Below, piece by piece: positions 50,122-56,008 of a stretch of 56,008 nt of DNA. The notes beneath the pieces are model-generated. The model saw only the letters and a list, made by a program, of their open reading frames with translations, did no database searches and was not told the origin of the DNA. Position 1 is the stretch's first letter; each line of letters starts with the position of its first letter. Origin of the DNA: an uncultured Bacilli bacterium (lineage in GTDB: Bacteria; Bacillota_I; Bacilli_A; RF39; UBA660); contig CANQHD010000002.1 of the NCBI GenBank assembly GCA_947623625.1, positions 1 to 56,008 on the forward strand. Direction: 5' to 3'. Made by a program: the position numbers and the translations under genes.

Positions 50122-51231
50122 ATGATAGTGAAGTGTTTAAATTTAACTCAATTTCGAAATTATAAACGACTGGATCTTGAGTTCAATCCAACGATGAATA
50201 TTTTTATCGGAGATAATGCTTCAGGAAAAACGAATCTTTTGGAAGCAGTAGAAGTTTTGTCACTCACAAAAACGCATCGCAGTAATGAGACAAGTTTAAT
50301 TATGCATAAGAAGCACCTTACAAAAATAAAAGGCACCATTCTAGTTGAACAAATGATTAGAAAACTGGAATTTGAATATTGTGAAACTGGGAAAAAAACA
50401 AAAATGAATGGAACCAATATTTCTAAAGTTGGAGATTATATTGGTTTATTAAATGTGATTATTTTTTCTCCAGATGATATTGAAATTATTAAAGGCTCCC
50501 CAAGTGTGCGAAGAAATTTATTAAATATGGAGCTTTCTCAAATTTCAAAAAATTATTTATTGAGTTATAATCAGTTCAACAAACTCCTAAAAACACGGAA
50601 TGAATATTTAAAAATACTTTTGATGAATCATCTTGCAGATAAAAACTATTTTAATATTATCACTGAAAAATTAGTCGAAAAAGCTGTTTTAATTTATCAA
50701 CATAGGAAAGATTATCTCGATAAAATTAATGAAAATATTGGTTCTATTTTTAAAGATATTCACAGTCCTCTTTCTCTTGAAATTCATTATGAGACAAATG
50801 TATCATTTTCGTGGAATGATCTTGAAAAAATGAAATCAGAATTGTTGAAAATTTATCAGAAAAATTATCAAAGAGAATTGAATATGGGTATGACTTTATA
50901 TGGACCACATCGAGATGATTTTTCTCTTTATTTAGATGATAAAGACTTAAAAGTATATGGTTCTCAAGGACAACAAAAAGCTGCAATACTCGCTTATAAA
51001 CTAGCGTGTATTCCTATTTTTTTAGAAAGAACAGGAACAAAACCAGTTTTATTATTAGATGATATTTTTAGTGAACTTGATGGAAAAAAACAAAATAAAT
51101 TGTTAAAATATATAGGAAAAGATATTCAAAGTATTATAACAACGACAGATGTGAAAAATATAAGGAAAAGCTTACTTAAAGATGCCACAATATTTAAAGT
51201 CATATCTGGAACAGTAGAAAGGGAGATATAA
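50122..51231 (+). CDS. recF: DNA replication and repair protein RecF
   Basis: L.L..FRNY, GDNASGKTNLLEA and LLLDD.FSELD. Confidence 0.94.
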   Translation: MIVKCLNLTQFRNYKRLDLEFNPTMNIFIGDNASGKTNLLEAVEVLSLTKTHRSNETSLIMHKKHLTKIKGTILVEQMIRKLEFEYCETGKKTKMNGTNISKVGDYIGLLNVIIFSPDDIEIIKGSPSVRRNLLNMELSQISKNYLLSYNQFNKLLKTRNEYLKILLMNHLADKNYFNIITEKLVEKAVLIYQHRKDYLDKINENIGSIFKDIHSPLSLEIHYETNVSFSWNDLEKMKSELLKIYQKNYQRELNMGMTLYGPHRDDFSLYLDDKDLKVYGSQGQQKAAILAYKLACIPIFLERTGTKPVLLLDDIFSELDGKKQNKLLKYIGKDIQSIITTTDVKNIRKSLLKDATIFKVISGTVEREI

Positions 51232-53172
51232 ATGGATGAAAAAGTGAGTACAAATTATGATTCTTCTGCCATTCAAGTATTAGAAGGACTTGAAGCAGTT
51301 CGAAAAAGACCTGGTATGTATATTGGAACAACAAGTTCTAGAGGACTTCATCATTTAGTGTGGGAAATTGTTGATAATGCAATTGATGAAGCACTTGCAG
51401 GATATTGTACACATATTGAAGTAACAGTCGGAAAAGATAATACAATTACCGTTAAAGATGATGGACGTGGTATTCCAGTTGATATTCATCCAAAAACAGG
51501 AATTAGTACGGTTGAAACAGTTTATACGGTGTTACATGCTGGTGGAAAATTTGGAGGAGGTGGATACAAAGTATCTGGATATAAAGTATCTGGTGGACTC
51601 CATGGTGTTGGTGCTTCTGTTGTTAATGCTTTAAGTATTTGGCTTGAAGTAAAAGTGTATAAAAATGGGCATGTTTATTATCAAAAATATGTCAATGGAG
51701 GTCATCCTCAAGAACCGCTTCATATCATAGATGATTGTGACGATGATCGAACAGGAACAACGGTTACATTTTTACCGGATCCTGAGATATTTCAGGAAAC
51801 AACGATTTTTGACTATGAAATTTTAAAAAATCGATTAAGAGAACTTGCCTTTTTGAATAGAGGTCTTCGAATTACATTATATGATGATAGAGAAGCTGAT
51901 AAAAAAGACTCTTTCTGTTATGAGGGTGGAATTACAGAATACGTAGAACTTCTTAACAAAAATAAAAATCCTATTCATGATACAATTATTGATGTTACAG
52001 GTGAAGAAAAGGATATCGTTGTTGAAGTTGCACTACAATATAATGAAACTTACAACGCTAGTATTTATTCTTTTGTTAACAATATCACAACTCCAGAAGG
52101 TGGAACACATGAAGATGGAGTTAAAATGGCATTAACACGTATTTTAAATAAATATGCACAAAACAGTGGATTATTAAAAAATAATGATAATTCTTTAATG
52201 GGTGAGGATGTTAAAGAAGGAATTACAATGATTGTTTCTGTAAAGCACCCAAATCCACAGTTTGAAGGGCAGACAAAAACTAAACTTGGAAACAGTGAAG
52301 TACGACAAATTGCCAATCATATTTTCGCGGATGCCTTTGAGAGATTTTTAATGGAACATCCTGAAGAAGCGAGAATAATTGTGGAGAAGGTAATGACAGC
52401 ATCTCGTGCAAGAATCGCAGCTAAAAAGGCAAGAGAGCTTACAAGACGAAAAGGAGATCTGGATGTTACTAACTTTTATGGAAAACTTGCAGATTGTAAG
52501 AGTAAAGATGCAAGTGTCAGTGAGATTTTTTTAGTCGAAGGAGATTCTGCAGGTGGTTCTGCGATTAAAGGAAGAGATAGTATGACGCAAGCAATTCTTC
52601 CGCTTCGAGGAAAAATATTAAATGTTGAAAAAGCAAGACTTGACCGGGCACTTTCTAATGAAGAAATAAGAACAATTATTACTGCATTTGGAACAGGAAT
52701 CGGTGAAGAATTTGACTTATCTAAGCTAAGATACGATAAAATTATTATTATGACGGATGCAGATGTAGATGGTTCTCATATTCGTGTTCTTTTATTAACA
52801 CTTTTTTATCGCTTTTTTAAGCCAATTGTTGAAGCAGGTCATGTTTATGCAGCACAACCTCCTTTATTTGTTATTAAGCATGGAAAAACAATTAAATATG
52901 TTTTAAATGAGGAAGAACGAGATGAATATTTGAAAACACTTTCTCCAAATACAAAGTATGATATTATGCGCATGAAAGGTTTAGGAGAGATGGATGCAGA
53001 GGAATTAAATGAAACAACAATGGACATTAATAAGCGAATTTTAAGACAAATTACAGTAGAAGATGCGATTGCAGCAGATGATGTATTCTCTAAATTGATG
53101 GGTGAAGAAGTCGAACCTCGAAGAGAATTTATTGAAACAAATGCTACATATGTAGAAAACTTGGATATTTAG
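51232..53172 (+). CDS. gyrB: DNA gyrase subunit B
   Basis: [43 protein letters not shown] and [10 protein letters not shown]. Confidence 0.97.
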   Translation: MDEKVSTNYDSSAIQVLEGLEAVRKRPGMYIGTTSSRGLHHLVWEIVDNAIDEALAGYCTHIEVTVGKDNTITVKDDGRGIPVDIHPKTGISTVETVYTVLHAGGKFGGGGYKVSGYKVSGGLHGVGASVVNALSIWLEVKVYKNGHVYYQKYVNGGHPQEPLHIIDDCDDDRTGTTVTFLPDPEIFQETTIFDYEILKNRLRELAFLNRGLRITLYDDREADKKDSFCYEGGITEYVELLNKNKNPIHDTIIDVTGEEKDIVVEVALQYNETYNASIYSFVNNITTPEGGTHEDGVKMALTRILNKYAQNSGLLKNNDNSLMGEDVKEGITMIVSVKHPNPQFEGQTKTKLGNSEVRQIANHIFADAFERFLMEHPEEARIIVEKVMTASRARIAAKKARELTRRKGDLDVTNFYGKLADCKSKDASVSEIFLVEGDSAGGSAIKGRDSMTQAILPLRGKILNVEKARLDRALSNEEIRTIITAFGTGIGEEFDLSKLRYDKIIIMTDADVDGSHIRVLLLTLFYRFFKPIVEAGHVYAAQPPLFVIKHGKTIKYVLNEEERDEYLKTLSPNTKYDIMRMKGLGEMDAEELNETTMDINKRILRQITVEDAIAADDVFSKLMGEEVEPRREFIETNATYVENLDI

Positions 53173-53182
53173 GAGGGGTATT

Positions 53183-55636
53183 ATGGATAGATTAGAAAAA
53201 AATAACATTGTAAAAGAAGTCAAGGATTCCTTTCTAGAATATTCAATGAGTGTCATTGTCGCTCGTGCATTACCAGATTTAAGAGATGGATTAAAACCAG
53301 TTCATCGTCGTATTTTATATTCAATGTATGAATCTGGATATACTCCAGATAAGCCTCATAAGAAAAGTGCAAGAATTGTTGGAGATGTTATGGGTAAATA
53401 TCATCCACATGGAGATTCTAGTATTTATGAAGCAATGGTTCGAATGGCACAAGATTTTTCTTATCGTTATATGCTAGTAGATGGTCATGGAAATTTTGGT
53501 AATATCGAGGGTTATGGTGCTGCAGCCATGCGTTATACTGAATCAAGACTTTCTAAGATATCGCTTGAATTACTGAGAAATATTAATAAGAATACTGTTA
53601 ATTTTGTTCCAAACTTTGATGAGTCAGAAAAAGAACCTGAAATTTTACCATCTAGATTTCCAAATATTTTAGTGAATGGAACAACAGGTATTGCTGTTGG
53701 TATGGCAACCAATATTCCACCACACAATTTAGGAGAAGTTATTGATGGCTGTGTAGCATACATTGATAATCCAGATATTGATTTGGATGGATTAATGAAA
53801 TATATTAAGGGACCTGATTTTCCAACAGGTGCCACAATTTTAGGAAATAGTGGAATTAGAAAAGCTTATGAAACGGGTCGCGGAAGTATTACAATTCGCA
53901 GTAAGGCACAAATAGAGGAAAAAAATGGAAGACAGTATATTATTGTGGATGAAGTTCCATACGGAATAAATACTTTAGAGTTAAAAAATAAGGTTGCAGA
54001 GCTTGTTCATAATAAAGTAATCGAAGGAATTGCAGATTACCATTCTGATTTAAAAGAAGGTATCAAAATAACGATTACTTTAAAGAAAGATGCCAATGCT
54101 CAAGTTGTTTTAAATAAACTATATAAGCATACGGCTTTTCAAACAACATATGGAATTATCTTTTTAATGCTGGATCAAGGTGTTCCGAAAACATTAGGAT
54201 TAAAAGATATTATTGTAAAATATATTGATTTTCAAAAAGAAATAATTATTCGAAGAACAAAATTTGACTTGGAAAATGCTGAAAAAAGAGTTCATATTTT
54301 AGAAGGATTAAAGATTGCACTGGATCATATTGATGCAGTAATAAAATTAATTCGTGGTTCAAAAACAGATGAAGAAGCAAGATTAGGCTTAATGAATCAA
54401 TTTGGTTTAACAGAAGCACAGTCTAATGCTATTTTAGAGATGAGACTTCGTAGATTAACGGGATTAGAAAGAGAAAAAATCGAAAATGAGTTGAACGAAT
54501 TGTTAAAATTAATCGCAGAATTAAAAGATATTTTAAGCAGTGATGAAAAAGTATTAAATGTTATTAGAACAGAATTATTGGAAATAAAAGGAAAATATGC
54601 TGATGAGCGTCGAACGAATATTGATATGACAGCGATTGAATATATTGAAGATGAATCCTTAATTCCAGTTGAAGATATTATTGTTACATTAACGAATAGA
54701 GGTTATATTAAGCGTTTAAGAGCAGATACTTATCGTTCTCAAAATCGTGGTGGTGTAGGTATAAAAGGAATGGCAACGAATGAAGAAGATTTTGTAGAAC
54801 AAATTATTTCAATGAAGACTCATGATTATCTTTTGTTCTTTTCTAATAGAGGTAAGGTATATCGTCTTAAAGGTTATGAAATTCCAGAATTTTCTCGGCA
54901 ATCAAAAGGTTTACCTATAGTTAATTTATTATCTTTAGAGAAAAATGAGTACATTAGTTCGATGGTTGAGTTAAATTCAAATGAAGATGTATATAAATAT
55001 TTAATGTTTACAACGAAAAATGGCTTGGTTAAACGTACACCAATTGAAGAATTTAGTAATATTAGAAAAAGTGGAAAAATATCAATCATAATTAAGGAAA
55101 ATGATGAGTTAATTTCCGTTAGAAAAACAACTGGAGAAGAAGAAATTATTATTGGTGGAAGCAATGGAAGAATGGTTCGTTTCCCTGAAACAGAGATTAG
55201 ATCGATGGGTAGAGGAACTTCTGGAGTAAAAGGAATGGAATTGGTCGGTGCAAAAGTAGTTGGTGCAGAAGTTATCCACAAGGGCGAAGAAGTTTTAATT
55301 GTAACGGAAAAAGGATATGGAAAGAAAACAGATATTGAGGAATATCGATTAACACATCGTGGAAGTAAGGGTGTTAAAGCACTAAATTTAACAGATAAAA
55401 ATGGAAATATGGTTAGTTTAAAACGAATTATAGCTGTGGATAATTATGATTTATTGATTGTTACAGATAATGGTGTAATTATGAGAATGCCATTAGAACA
55501 AATTTCTACTTTAAAAAGAGCGACTCAAGGTGTAAGATTAATTAATCTAAAGGATAATCAGAAAGTTGCTACAGTTGCAATTGTGGAAAAAGAATCTGAA
55601 ATGTCTTCAGAGGAAAATATAGAAGAAAGTAATTAA
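53183..55636 (+). CDS. gyrA: DNA gyrase subunit A
   Basis: [29 protein letters not shown] and the C-terminal beta-pinwheel repeats. Confidence 0.97.
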   Translation: MDRLEKNNIVKEVKDSFLEYSMSVIVARALPDLRDGLKPVHRRILYSMYESGYTPDKPHKKSARIVGDVMGKYHPHGDSSIYEAMVRMAQDFSYRYMLVDGHGNFGNIEGYGAAAMRYTESRLSKISLELLRNINKNTVNFVPNFDESEKEPEILPSRFPNILVNGTTGIAVGMATNIPPHNLGEVIDGCVAYIDNPDIDLDGLMKYIKGPDFPTGATILGNSGIRKAYETGRGSITIRSKAQIEEKNGRQYIIVDEVPYGINTLELKNKVAELVHNKVIEGIADYHSDLKEGIKITITLKKDANAQVVLNKLYKHTAFQTTYGIIFLMLDQGVPKTLGLKDIIVKYIDFQKEIIIRRTKFDLENAEKRVHILEGLKIALDHIDAVIKLIRGSKTDEEARLGLMNQFGLTEAQSNAILEMRLRRLTGLEREKIENELNELLKLIAELKDILSSDEKVLNVIRTELLEIKGKYADERRTNIDMTAIEYIEDESLIPVEDIIVTLTNRGYIKRLRADTYRSQNRGGVGIKGMATNEEDFVEQIISMKTHDYLLFFSNRGKVYRLKGYEIPEFSRQSKGLPIVNLLSLEKNEYISSMVELNSNEDVYKYLMFTTKNGLVKRTPIEEFSNIRKSGKISIIIKENDELISVRKTTGEEEIIIGGSNGRMVRFPETEIRSMGRGTSGVKGMELVGAKVVGAEVIHKGEEVLIVTEKGYGKKTDIEEYRLTHRGSKGVKALNLTDKNGNMVSLKRIIAVDNYDLLIVTDNGVIMRMPLEQISTLKRATQGVRLINLKDNQKVATVAIVEKESEMSSEENIEESN

Positions 55637-55654
55637 ATTTTTCTTCTTTTTTTT
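55621..55654 (+). terminator. gyrA terminator
   Basis: AGAAGAAA-11 nt-TTTCTTCT followed by T7. The stem is AT-rich and overlaps the stop codon. Confidence 0.45.
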
Positions 55655-55742
55655 GGTAAATTTTTGAAAAAATATATTACTTTATATTATTAGTATTTAA
55701 AAATTAAAATATTGAATTTCTTGTGGAAAACTAAATAAATAT

Positions 55743-56008
55743 AAAAAATGGAGAGAAGTAGAAAAAATATTTCCCGGGAAATAATTGAGAAAGAAATAAC
55801 ATATCAAATATGAAAAAAATAAGGAAAAGTAGAAAAAATATTTCCCGGGAAATAATCGAGAAAGAAGAAGAACATCAAATATAGAAAAAATGGGGAGAAG
55901 TAGAAAAAAATATTTCCCGGGAAATAATCGTGGGAAGAAGTAATATCTCAAATATAAGAAAATGGAGAAAAGTAGAAAAAATATTTTCCGGGAAATAATT
56001 GAGAAAGA
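55743..56008. repeat. tandem ~71-bp repeat (3.7 or more units, cut by the window end), each unit carrying an NBS-type palindrome
   Basis: TATTTCCCGGGAAATA occurs at 55768-55783, 55839-55854 and 55911-55926. TATTTTCCGGGAAATA occurs at 55982-55997. Spacing is 71/72/71 bp. The flanking parts of each unit are also similar (AAGTAGAAAAAA...; ...ATCAAATAT...). Confidence 0.9.

Noticed and set aside
53390-53450. GyrA quinolone-resistance region
   Set aside because: It reads [17 protein letters not shown], with Ser and Glu at the E. coli 83/87 equivalents. This is the wild-type Gram-positive pattern and gives no resistance signal.
55697-55951. 84-aa minus-strand ORF (MRYYFFPRLFPGKYFF...)
   Set aside because: It is an artefact of the AT-rich tandem repeat. 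It has internally repeated low-complexity sequence (LFPGKYFF x3), no RBS, and lies across the NBS palindromes.
55743-56008. Possible CRISPR array (regular ~30-bp conserved block with a palindromic core, ~71-bp period)
   Set aside because: The segments between the conserved blocks are homologous to each other (..GAGAAAGAAG..ATCAAATAT..AAAAAATGG.GAGA), not unique spacers. No cas genes are nearby. It is a tandem duplication of a whole unit.

Overview
This is the replication-origin region of a low-GC Bacillota chromosome. The gene order resembles Bacilli/Erysipelotrichia, but that taxon is a guess. The core is jag-yidC-rnpA-rpmH | oriC | dnaA-dnaN-(comK-like)-recF-gyrB-gyrA. oriC is bipartite, with 12 DnaA boxes upstream of dnaA and 5 more between dnaA and dnaN, followed by GG, (TAA)4 and a TA-rich stretch. 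Every gene from 12.4 to 46.3 kb is on the minus strand and every gene from 46.5 kb onward is on the plus strand, as expected for divergence from an origin. The minus-strand block holds mnmE-mnmG-rsmG, a noc-like gene, parA-parB, MscS, DUF951, an AbgT transporter, ychF, rpsF-ssb-rpsR, a DHH phosphoesterase, rplI, dnaB, an M23 peptidase, a YycJ-like MBL hydrolase, rlmH, ung, a SipW-type-signal protein, secE-nusG-rplKAJL, a methyltransferase and rpoBC. The left 12 kb is different. It holds the 3' end of an AbiEii-like gene, tRNA-Glu(CUC), two unknown ORFs coupled to tcdA, lexA, polA, mutM and pyk. These are followed by a small accessory patch: an IS1182-family element with about 37-bp inverted repeats, an IS1595-like remnant and a class-II Fic gene. 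The most unusual signal is a phased tandem array of at least 4 perfect or near-perfect Noc-binding-site palindromes (TATTTCCCGGGAAATA) in a ~71-bp repeat just after gyrA, cut off by the window end. It sits alongside an atypical Noc paralogue that lacks an N-terminal amphipathic helix and carries a ~190-residue low-complexity linker (roughly 150 aa longer than in B. subtilis Noc). Other notable points are an in-frame YKVSG duplication beside the GyrB ATP lid, Asn at the RpoB position equivalent to E. coli His526, and a comK-family gene flanked by DnaA boxes between dnaN and recF. I could not identify a clear new multi-gene system. The two unknown ORFs at 504-2830 are the only unassigned coding candidates. 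All calls come from reading the sequence and ORF translations by eye; no searches were run.
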